Of a DNA stretch of 64,000 nucleotides, positions 12,601-21,981 are shown piece after piece. The notes beneath the pieces were generated by a model. It did not search any database, was not told where the DNA came from, and saw only the letters and a list, made by a program, of their open reading frames with translations. The position numbers were made by a program, and so were the translations under genes. Origin of the DNA: Phoronis australis (Eukaryota; Animalia; Phoronida). The stretch spans positions 467,077 to 531,076 of the forward strand of contig NMRA01000304.1 of assembly GCA_002633005.1 (NCBI GenBank), written 5' to 3'. Position 1 is the stretch's first letter. Every line of letters starts with the position of its first letter.

Positions 12601-15600
12601 TGGTGGCAGAATGATCTAACCGATTAACATGAATAAACAAAACAAAACAAAACAGAGCATTGTTTTAGAGTGCTACAAAAGGGTGTGCAGCTATGGCTTG
12701 ACACGTGACTTGTTCCTAGCGCAAGTAGATGACGCCACGTTAACCAAACGACGTACAAGCATGAAAATAATTTCCACCCGGGTGAAAATAATTTCCACCT
12801 AGGAATAATTTCCACCTAGGCTGAAATAGTTTCCACCCGGGTGAAAATTATTTCCACCTAGGTTGAAATAGTTTCCACCTGGGTGAAAATAAATTCCACC
12901 CGGGTGAAAATAATTTTCACCTAGGTTGAAATAATTTCCACCCAGGTGAAAATAGTTTCCACCCAGGTGAAAATAATTTCCACCTAGGTTGAAATAGTTT
13001 CCACCCAGGTGAAAATAATTTCTACCCAGGTGAAAATAATTTCCACCCAGGTGAAAATAATTTCCAACTAGGTTGAAATAGTTTCCACCCGGGTGAAAAT
13101 ATTTTCCACCCAGGTGAAAATAATTTTCACCTAGGTTGAAATAGTTTCCACCCAGGTGAAAATAGTTTCCACCCAGGTGAAAATAGTTCCCACCTAGGTT
13201 GAATTATTTCCACCTAGGTGGAAAATGAAAAATGAAAAAATAATTAAACTAAAGTAACGATGATACTTTCGGGCCACCATAAGTATTAGACTATTTTTTT
13301 CTTCGTTTTATAATTGTGGAGAAATTTGACTAAATAGAATTTCACTTGTAAGTCATATTGCGTGCTAAATAAGGGACGAATTACCGTACGTTAGATTTTA
13401 ATCAAGTAAGCCCCGACGACTTTTTTCATATGTTATGATAATAGTTAACTGTGTTGTTCAATTTTCAGTCGATAACTAACTTTCGTGCTGCTTCAGTTCT
13501 CCGTGCATGATTTAAATCTTACACACGACTGGATAAATCTGGTATTCCTTTATCACTGACGTAAGGTTGTGAGTAATCAGTTTTGAAAATCTGTGCCCTC
13601 AGCTAATAGTCCGCAAATGAATTAATATTCCACTAAAAGATTATATCTTCTGAAAAAAGAATGTGCAAAACATTTTGATTTGGTCTTTATGCCAGTATCA
13701 CATTGATTTGGTCACTTGAGCATGTCTCTTTTGTAAAATTTAGCAAAATACAATCATCACTTTTACCAGATAACAAAACAGTTATATAACTCGAACAATT
13801 TTATGCGCCCATTTATAGGTATGCGGGTGCACTGTGGCGTCATTTATCTCTATCCGACGTCTGCTACTTTATGGACAAAATCCCTTGATGGGTGTTTGTG
13901 AAATTTTGCAGACAATTGCTCCTATCATGAATGGGATGGCACGGGTGAATTTTCAGGCAGATTTGACTATTGCTGTGCCTCCTAGTGGCAATTTCATTTT
14001 TTTACATGAGCCCGTATATCTATATCTACTGAGTTACTTGACGGGTGTTCGTGAAATTTGGTAAATAGGTTTCAGTTAAAGAGACAACACTACACCTTCC
14101 TGTATTGGCAACATTATCTGTGGCCCGCAGTGGCCGTTTTTATTATTTTTGCATGCCTTTATCATCTGCCTCTGTCTGCCAAACCAATCGTATAAAAGAA
14201 TCATTGTAAACGTTGACAGATGTTTTCAGTCCTATCAAAATGAACATGGCTGACATTGATTTTCCGTTGGGTCCATCTACTGTGGCGCCCCCTGTGCCTG
14301 ATCTACCAAGTTCCATGTTGTATCTTTGGACAGTCTGTGCGTTTCAATTGAAAAGATCATGGCTGGCATTGATTTTGGACTGTTAGACTGAACTGAGGTG
14401 TTCCGTAGCGGCAATTTAGGCTTCTGCATAATTATAGCTCCTGCGGGGGCTGCCGGGATGTTCATGAAGTTTGGCTGTGAGGAAGAGACACCTGACTTCC
14501 GTAATTGTTTCAGACGGATTCAGCTTATATTACACCTGGCTTTTTATTATTACTATTATTATGTCTGTTTTTGTCGTCTGTCTCCTCATCTCCCTTACAA
14601 AAATGAACTTAAGTTTTCATCGAAAAACTTAAGTTTTTGGTCTGAAAAACTTAAGTTTTCATTCCCGAAAACTTAAGTTTTTGGCGAAAACTTAAGTATT
14701 TTGGAACAAGTTTTTTGGAACGAACTTAAGTTTTCATAACTTAAGTTTTTCAAAAACTTAAGTTCTGAAAACTTAAGTTTTTCAAAAACTTAAGTTCGTT
14801 CCAAAAAACTTGTTCCAAAAAACTTAAGTTTTTGGAAAACTTAAGTTTCAGAAACTTAAGTTTTTGAAAAACTTAAGNAATTATAGCTCCTGGCTGCCGG
14901 GATGTTCATGAAGTTTGGCTGTGAGGAAGAGACACCTGACTTCCGTAATTGTTTCAGACGGATTCAGCTTATATTACACCTGGCTTTTTATTATTACTAT
15001 TATTATGTCTGTTTTTGTCGTCTGTCTCCTCATCTTCCAAACTGCTCGAGTATCACCATGAAAAGTAGCGTGTGCTTTCTTACTGACAATATTGTTTTCG
15101 GATAAATTTGACTGTGATAATTTTTTCAGGTTGCTTTGATATCTACTAACATTTTTGATTGATATTCATCATGTTTGACATATATGTTCATATTGAGGAG
15201 AGCAAAGTTGGTGTTCTCCCTCTAGTGGGAATATTTAAAATTATCATCCCTTGGATCTGTGCTGTTGCAATGCACACTGGTGACGCTCAGCATTTCTCTT
15301 GTTCAACTCTGTTGCCTTATAGTATTGGCCTCTGTGAAAAACGGTGGTCACAGGCAGCAACTTGTTTGGCTTGCATATAAATCTTGGACGTATGTGATGT
15401 ATAAAATTATACCATTTCTACAGTTTCGTGATCAGTGACAACCCCTTTATACATCTGCAGGTCCAGCACGTATTCGTATTGGCTACCGTCCAAATGAACA
15501 GCCTATCCACGTTGGCATGTTTTTCTCTGATGGTGGGTGATGTCAATGCACACAAACTATTTGCATGTCTAGCAAGCTTCTGTAGGCACTGCAGTCTGAC

Positions 15601-18600
15601 CTGTTGTAGCATTGCATCTAGTCATCCCAAGTTGCAATTAACCTGTCTGTGTGCTCTACTTCATCACATTCAAACACCAAAACAACAGAGCTTAAAGTAG
15701 CCTCAGTTGAGAGTCACAGTAAATGGTTTTACCAAAACATATTGGGTGTGCAAAATGAAATCTGTGTGCAAAATGAGTGGAGATTTAGCATACTCCGAAT
15801 AAAACTCCATTAAACCATGTCAGGGAAAGATGCAAATCATCTTTCACCATTGAGAATATGCCTGCAGGCAGCGGCTCTACCTGAACTTATTGTGGCCAAT
15901 GACAAACAAGTTACCAACAACCAAATGCGAAAAATAACAAAAGACACAAAAGCAATTAGCACCAACACCTCGTGCCCATTCTGCAACTGTGTTACCCTGC
16001 AAGTTATAGTTATTAGTTTCTCTCCTCACTCGGCCTGGTTTGGTTTGTTTAAATTTTGTTTGTCGTTAGGTCCTTCCTCTATTGGTCAAGGTTATTCACC
16101 AAGCCAAGAGCCTTTGCTGGTTGGAATGTTTCTGTCAGATGGTGGGTATGATCCTTGTGGTCTCGTGGAGAATAAGCTGTCTGAGGAAAGTTGAGATCAA
16201 ATTGAACTGCTTTTGGGTTTGGAGCTTGAACATTGTCCTGCTCCATCCAGACTGCCAAGAAGTGGTGAAATTTGGCTGACTTCATTAAGTACAAATTAAG
16301 GCCACTGTGTAAAAATGCTTCATAGTTCTTATCTGGAAAAATTTAAGGTGGATGGAGAAAAGGGTCGGTCAACTTAACTGAGTTAACTTTCTCCACGAGA
16401 CGCGCGTAGCTTTATTAATGCCTTCCCACATTGAACTTACTCTCTGATGGCTTCTATGAAGGATATTTATAAAAGCTATGCAGCCATTGGTCTCTGCTCA
16501 CACCGTGGGAAAGACATGTTCAGCCAGTTGGCTCTGGCGTGTCTATGTCTGATGAGGTGGCACTCCTAATACTCTGTGCGCTTGCTCACGACACTGACTT
16601 TGTGTGTATAACTTACCCCTACATGCACTTATTTAAAGCCATAGACAACGCCATAGGTGAGTCACCATCAATATAAGTTAATAATTAGTACGGGAGCACT
16701 CAAATGATGCAGAAATTTGATTGGCAGTGGAAGCGTTTTACAGATATGGCCAGAAAATTGAGATTTTCAAGTTAATTTCATTTTCGATTTCAGCATAATA
16801 TAAGTACAGGACACTCAGTTTTGTGTGTATGAAAATGCTGACGTGTTGCAAAAAATGCTCAAAGACAAGGTTACTGAAGTGTGACTGCATATTGCACTTC
16901 AACAGTTACTTTTACTCTAAATAACCCGTGCTATTTAGGATCTGAATTGCATCAACTACTCATTTGTTTACCTTAATTGCCGTCCACACAGAGACGTACT
17001 CTAGAACAAGTTTATCCTGGAACGAGTTGTCTCTAAGTTTTGGGAGCAGAGTGAGTGTCTGGACACTACTTAAACTATAGTACAACTTACCCGACTTGTG
17101 GCAACTTACTCCTTACCTTACCCAGGTACTGTGGCAATAAATATGTACAAAAACGTGAATTGAGTTGAAGTATGATTATACCTGTTGCGTGGCGAAGACC
17201 TTTTTGTTGTGTTTGGCTTTAATGATTTCCCTTTCTGCACTGGCCTATTCAGCTTTTACTGCATTTAAGTACTCAGCCTCACGATTACTCATGTAGTATT
17301 CTTCAATTGGAGTTTCAATTTACTCAAAGGCCCTGTCTACATCGGCACCAAGGCTGGCAAAATCGTTGATCAGCCTAGCCTGCACGTAGGCATATTTCTG
17401 TCTGATGGTAAGTTGTGCGACATGCTTCTCTGCGATGCTGAAAACCGGTAGGTACATTAATGTATAGACCTGTTACAAGTGATTGACACCAATGCGCTAT
17501 TTGCCTGGATTACCAATAAAAAATCACTGGTTTCAAGTTAGGTGTTGGGGGCGAGCAACCTGACCAGAACAAGTAAATACTTGGGAGATGCAAGAAGTAA
17601 ATGAAAAAACACAGGTTCGGTATAAAAAACTTGCATTGATCACAGCTTTGCGACTCGTGTTAACTTGGTAGACTAGGACACAAAAGTGGGACTCAAAATG
17701 AGTGATTTCTTTCTCACTTTTTACGAAAGAGATAAAGTATTATGTCAGTATCGTTACTGCTACTGCCGTCGGACAATATTTTGAAAAATTTCAGGCAGTC
17801 AAAACAATAGTAGAAGCTACTGAAAAATGAAAAAGGGCAACTTTGGTAATTATTTTTGTCCAAAAGTGTAAAATTTTACAGTGAGTGTATGAATTTTGCC
17901 AGGTGGTGGATCAATTTTCAGTAGACATGCATTCACAAAGGTGTATGGGAACTTTCAAGAAACTAAAACCAAATGTGGAAGTTAAAAAGTGAACTTTCGG
18001 AAATTGGGAGTGGTAATTACTATATCCAGCCAAACTTGAGACTTCAGTAATGCAGACAATTTCATTCACAACAAGACATTTTTAAATGTCATGTTAAAAC
18101 ATGACCGTTTTGAAATCTATATTTTTGCGTTAAATCGAGTATCAATTACATTTGTATGCATTTTCTGATTTCCTGTGATAGCTAATTGCTTGTTTGGTCT
18201 TGACTGGTATCTTTCGCTATTATGCATAATTTCTGGTTGCTAGACGCATAAATTTGGGTTTTCTTAAGAACGTGCAAATTAGGTAGCTCTGTTCACTCCA
18301 CATAGAATATTGTGTGAATTAAGCTGTCAAAATATTGGTAGGTAGAGACACTTATTGGTTGCTTATCTGCACCAAAGCATCAATTGCTGGACGTAGTTAA
18401 CGTGGGTTATGAGATTGTTAGAAACCCTTGGGCAGTGAAAAATTGACAATTTGGCAATTATGCTTGTCCAAAATCGGTGACTACGGTAATTCTACAGTAA
18501 CAGCAATGTTTGTTTAAAAGTAGCAACAGCTTTGAAGATATTTTGAAAGATTCTCAGCTTAGTCATGAGTTGGTTAGTCTTGAGACTGGAGCCATTTCAA

Positions 18601-21358
18601 GATAGTCATTGGTGCAAAAGCATTGCTTCTACTAGGGTGATTTGTAATGAGTAATATCTTGAAATCCGGCTGTAGTTTACTGTTTTTTCAATAACTGTTG
18701 CAGCAGTTTCCATTGTACAATTTCTGTTTCTTTTCTCTTGCCAGAGCCCGGTTATTACGAGGACGGAAAGTTTGGAGTCCGCCTGGAGACCATAGTAGAA
18801 GTGGTGAAAGATAACACTAAGGTGCAGTCAGACAATTGATGTGTAAATTTTCATGTCTGCTAAAATTCCACTCGTCCTCTTTTATCACAGAAATTAACTT
18901 AGAAAGTTCAGAAGTTAATCAAGCATTTTTGTGCCCCCACAGACTTCTTGATATCTCAAAAACTTCTGGTTGGATTTTGATGAAATTTGGCACAAGGGTG
19001 TAGGCCGTCACTAGAAGGGTTCGATTCATGCTACTTTTCAATCTGCCTCGCCCCCCCCCTTGGGTCAGAGCGGCATAGCTTTGTCTGTATTTTTGGGGAA
19101 GAGCATTTCCGGGTGATATCTAGAGGATGGATCGGCAGATTTCAGTGAAACTTGACACAAAGGTTTGTAGTATCAATGCGCCTGCATGTTTAAATCGTCA
19201 GACGGATTTGATTACTGCAGCACCTCCTATTGGCCATTTTGTTTTCAGTGAGGGACTTTTCAAATTGTTTGGGGAAGCGCATTTCCGGATGATATCTAGA
19301 GAACCGATTAGCGAATTCCAACAAAACTCAAGACTGTTATATGATGATGTGCCACTATCATTTGATTTTCGGTCAGTTTCGACCACTGCAGTGCCTCCTA
19401 GTGACCATTTTGTATGAGCGTTTCCATATGATATGTGGAGAACCGAGTGAAGGATTTCAATGAAAGTTGACACAGAGGTTTGTGATAAGAATACGTCAGC
19501 ACCATTAAATTTTCAAGCAGATTCGACCACTGCAGCACCTCCTTGTGGTCATTTTGTTTTCAACATGGGCATTTCAAATGTTGCTTTGGGGGAAGAGCAT
19601 TTCCGGTTGATATCTAGAGAACTGATAGGTGGATTCCAATGAAACTGACGCAGAGTTAGGTATATGATGAGATTGCACTTGAACACCATTTGATTTTCGT
19701 CTGGATTCGACTACTGCAGTGCCTCCTACTGGCCATTTTGTGTGAGCGTTTCTGGATGATATGAAGAGAACTGAGGGAAGGATTTCAATGAAAGTTCATA
19801 GAGACGTAATTGTTTGGACAGTGCAACGGCACCATTAAGTTTCCGGGTGGATTTGACCACACACAACATCGCCATTTTGTTTTCGACCTGGGCTTTTGAA
19901 GTTTTGTTTGGGGGAAGAGCATTTTCGGATGATATCTGAGGAACCAATAAGTTCGTCCCAGATTGCACTGCAACAAGAATCTCACTGTATTTACCCACAA
20001 TGATGCCCTAAACACTCCTCGCGCACATTTGCTACATTGTTTTGCGTGCTATTTGTTGTCTGATCCAATACAAGTTTTTCTCGATTGCATTACTCTATTC
20101 GTCCTTCCAATGCCAATGAAGTATTATGGCTGTGCTGTGGGCTGCAAATCCAACATGAGAAAGCTTGATAAACTCACTGGACAAATAAATACCCATGGAT
20201 GCGGGATGTGAAATTCTTCACCTTCCCAACATCAATGATGCTCTTTCTGTATTTTGGTGCTAATAGTTTCTGCCTGCAGTTATGGTGGGTTCCTGAATGT
20301 GCTTTATCCTTACGAAATAATCATTCTAGTGCTTACAACATATTTATACTTTGTGAAGCCATGGGTGATGAAATAGGCAAAAAAGTCCATTGACTTGGCT
20401 GCATCTGAAGTATTGTAAATGGCAGGACAGATTTCTAAAGAAATAATGAATAAATAAAATATAAAGCTATGGTACAGTGTACTTGATTAAAATATTTCCG
20501 ACTTTGCGAAGCAAAATGACTTCTTCTGCAAGGGGGACGAGGCTGTCAAGGAAGCCAGTTAAGTACAAATATTTTAAGCAAACATGACAGATTTCTGTTT
20601 AATAAATATACTGTCTGAATTATGACAATTTACAGTCATTCATTTGTTCAAATTTTGCTGTTATATTTCAGTACCGCTTTGACAATATGACGTATATGAC
20701 GTTTAATGCCATCACTCTAGTTCCATTTGAGCCCAAGCTCATTAATCTAGAAATGCTGGACAGGAAGCAGGTAGGTGGTCAGTGTGAAGCAGGTATGTAG
20801 TCACCATGATGCAGGTATGAGTGGTCAGCATGAAGCAGGTATGTGGCCAGCGTGAAGTAGGTGTGTGGTCAATGTGAAGCAGGTATGAGTGATCAGCATG
20901 ACACGAGATACAAGGCCAGTGGCCTAAATTCATTAGCCTTATTTGTTGATTAAATGACAACATGTTTACTTCAAGTTGTTTAAAAACAAATAATTGTCAA
21001 GTCTTGGGCTTATTTGCGTCAATTTGCAATTGTTACGGACCTGACACGTTCCTCTGCTCAGTGAATGCGTGTATGATTTACGAATCTTCAAGTCAACATG
21101 TCATTGCCTTTGTGGTATACCTTAAAAGAGTAATTACCTCCCTTGTATTTTTGTCTCTAGCGTTCTTGGCTTAATGCTTATCACAAGAAATGTCGTGATG
21201 TAATCGGGCCACTGTTAACTGGTGATGCCAAGGAATGGCTGAACAAGAGGACGAAACCTGTAAATATTGACCCGAATATCTCCAGTTCCTCCAACTCTGT
21301 GAAGACTACTATTGGTCTGTTCTGCCTGTGTTTTGTTTTGTGTTTTTACAAGAACTGA
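491..21358 (+). CDS. XPNPEP2: Xaa-Pro aminopeptidase (aminopeptidase P, peptidase M24B), membrane/GPI-type; 5' exons lie upstream of the window. join(491..601,3934..4020,4853..4965,6956..7105,8546..8606,9401..9470,9943..10047,[15461..15532|16070..16141|17330..17407],18745..18821,20672..20770,21161..21358)
   Basis: All exons are bounded by AG/GT with consistent phases. Translation gives aminopeptidase P motifs: [101 protein letters not shown]. The hydrophobic C-tail resembles XPNPEP2; exact orthology (XPNPEP1 vs 2) is not established. Confidence 0.95.
3934..4020 (+). CDS. Aminopeptidase P exon ([29 protein letters not shown])
   Basis: ttcttctcAG acceptor, GTAAGT donor, 87 nt. KAxKN motif precedes the catalytic domain. 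Confidence 0.92.
4853..4965 (+). CDS. Aminopeptidase P exon ([37 protein letters not shown])
   Basis: Poly-T then AG acceptor, GTAAGA donor, phase 0/2. Confidence 0.95.
4984..5031 (+). repeat. Imperfect (CAG)n microsatellite, intronic
   Basis: cagcatcaacagcagcagcagcagcagctgcagcagctgcagcagca, just after the donor at 4965. Confidence 0.85.
5972..6738. mobile_element. Non-autonomous DNA transposon with TTAA target duplication (Kolobok/piggyBac-like)
   Basis: TIR core TATCTCAAACCTTAT / ATAAGGTTTGAGATA; TTAA at 5968-5971 and 6739-6742. Confidence 0.65.
6956..7105 (+). CDS. Aminopeptidase P exon ([49 protein letters not shown])
   Basis: cgTAG acceptor, GTAAGT donor, phase 2/2. Contains the first metal-ligand Asp (DSG). 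Confidence 0.96.
8546..8606 (+). CDS. Aminopeptidase P exon ([20 protein letters not shown])
   Basis: tgCAG acceptor, GTATGC donor. TTDVTRT metal-ligand motif. Confidence 0.96.
9401..9470 (+). CDS. Aminopeptidase P exon ([24 protein letters not shown])
   Basis: ttctctttAG acceptor, GTAAGG donor, phase 0/1. Confidence 0.95.
9943..10047 (+). CDS. Aminopeptidase P exon ([34 protein letters not shown])
   Basis: tgCAG acceptor, GTAAGC donor, phase 1/1. HGTGHG..VHE active-site motif. Confidence 0.97.
10243..10941. mobile_element. Near-palindromic MITE with TTAA target duplication and GG...CC termini (Kolobok-like)
   Basis: ttaa|GGTCAGTGTCTACCTTTGTTAC ... GTAACGAAGGTAGCCAGTGACC|ttaa. Arms stay complementary toward a centre near 10590. 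Confidence 0.8.
11137..13281. mobile_element. Foldback-type non-autonomous DNA transposon, IS3EU-like, with long TIRs built from 20-21 bp tandem units
   Basis: Termini ttcGGTGGCCCGAAAGTATCATCG / CGATGATACTTTCGGGCCACCata. 6-bp flanks ATTATT/AGTATT. Arrays of AAATAATTTCCACCCAGGTGA-type units at about 11200-11445 and, inverted, about 12760-13225. Confidence 0.8.
13799..14430 (+). mobile_element. Degenerate Helentron-associated (HINE/DINE-1-like) repeat
   Basis: Starts TTTTATGCGCCCA; carries GTGCCTCCTAGTGGC core units related to 27781-28555 and 50926-52520. Right boundary approximate. Confidence 0.55.
14593..14877. repeat. AACTTAAGTT-rich palindromic array, probably the end of a TE, cut by the N at 14878
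   Basis: 14 CTTAAG copies with internal inversion symmetry around 14755-14775. Absent from the duplicated flank after the N. Confidence 0.75.
15461..15532 (+). CDS. Aminopeptidase P alternative exon A ([24 protein letters not shown])
   Basis: ctgCAG acceptor, GTGGGT donor, 72 nt, phase 1/1. Fills the gap between VHE and EPGYY. Confidence 0.9.
16070..16141 (+). CDS. Aminopeptidase P alternative exon B ([24 protein letters not shown])
   Basis: gtTAG acceptor, GTGGGT donor, 72 nt, phase 1/1. Paralogous to exon A (GP..I..GY.P...P..VGMF.SD). Confidence 0.88.
17330..17407 (+). CDS. Aminopeptidase P alternative exon C ([26 protein letters not shown])
   Basis: caAAG acceptor, GTAAGT donor, 78 nt, phase 1/1. 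Paralogous to exons A and B. Confidence 0.82.
18745..18821 (+). CDS. Aminopeptidase P exon ([26 protein letters not shown])
   Basis: Long pyrimidine tract plus CAG, GTGCAG donor. Holds both metal-ligand Glu residues. Confidence 0.96.
18926..20030 (+). mobile_element. Helentron-associated (HINE-like) repeat with about 150-bp tandem core units
   Basis: Starts TTTTTGTGCCCCCAC; recurrent ACTGCAG(T/C)(G/A)CCTCCTA.TGGCCATTTTG and TTTGGGGAAGAGCATTTCCGG.TGATATCTAGAG units. Boundaries approximate. Confidence 0.6.
20109..20230 (+). pseudogene. THAP-domain-like N-terminal remnant, probably from a transposon
   Basis: [18 protein letters not shown]..., then after a frameshift VKFFTFP, matching the CxxxC..N...FFxFP start of THAP zinc fingers. 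No continuation. Confidence 0.45.
20672..20770 (+). CDS. Aminopeptidase P exon ([33 protein letters not shown])
   Basis: tttCAG acceptor, GTAGGT donor, 99 nt. Confidence 0.93.
20764..20901 (+). repeat. 22-24 bp minisatellite (6 units) that tandemly repeats the exon donor site
   Basis: Unit GAAGCAG|GTATGTGGTCAGCAT; the first unit overlaps the exon end at 20770. Confidence 0.9.
21161..21358 (+). CDS. Aminopeptidase P last coding exon ([17 protein letters not shown]...[25 protein letters not shown])
   Basis: ctcTAG acceptor, WLNxYH..CRDVIG motif, TGA at 21356-21358. Confidence 0.93.
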   Translation, partial: RSWLNAYHKKCRDVIGPLLTGDAKEWLNKRTKPVNIDPNISSSSNSVKTTIGLFCLCFVLCFYKN

Positions 21359-21975
21359 GATGCCTTTTATGGCTTCTTTCTCATTTTAGTAGTTCTTCTA
21401 GTCGTTCCTAGTTGCAGATTTTCAAACATGCAACTTCTGTTCAAGTGTACAAATTTTCAAAGCTTTATATTATATCCAAGTTGTTAGACTCCTTATGATA
21501 TTAATGAAATTTCTTAGGTAATACATTGATTTGCTTTTAAACTCAAGTTGTAATATGAATTGATTTTTGGATGTTTTACTTGCATGGTTACTTGTATATG
21601 TTTTTTCTACTTTTAATGAAATTTATTGATATTAATATTTTAATTTGTTATTGAATTAAACAAAATGCCAGTTTAAAGTTTGAAGTACTATGATGTGAAT
21701 TGTTTAAATAACTTAACAATGTGCCAAGTTTTAAAATTTGAAATGTTAGGTAGTGAATCACTTAAATAGCAATCAGCATTTTGTAAAGAATGGATTATAA
21801 TAAGTATCACGCTGAAAGTATGTTTCTCTATAAGTGAGTGTTTCACAAAAACGTGGTAATGTAACTAATTAATTTCCAATATCCAAGTAATAACTTTGTA
21901 TGAATGATGCTTAACTGTTGACGTGCATGATATAGCTTTTGTTCAAGGTACTTGGCTGTATTAATGGGATGAAGC

Positions 21976-21981
21976 AATAAA
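21976..21981 (+). promoter_or_regulatory. Candidate polyadenylation signal of the aminopeptidase P gene
   Basis: AATAAA about 620 nt after the stop, following a U-rich 3' UTR. Confidence 0.45.

Noticed and set aside
11200-13225. CRISPR-like array
   Set aside because: Units are contiguous 20-21 bp repeats without unique spacers, arranged as transposon TIR arms in a eukaryotic intron.
16485-16556. Possible fourth alternative exon (…[12 protein letters not shown], similar to [11 protein letters not shown])
   Set aside because: No phase-1 acceptor, no GP start and no GT after GAT-G. At most a decayed relic, and possibly chance.
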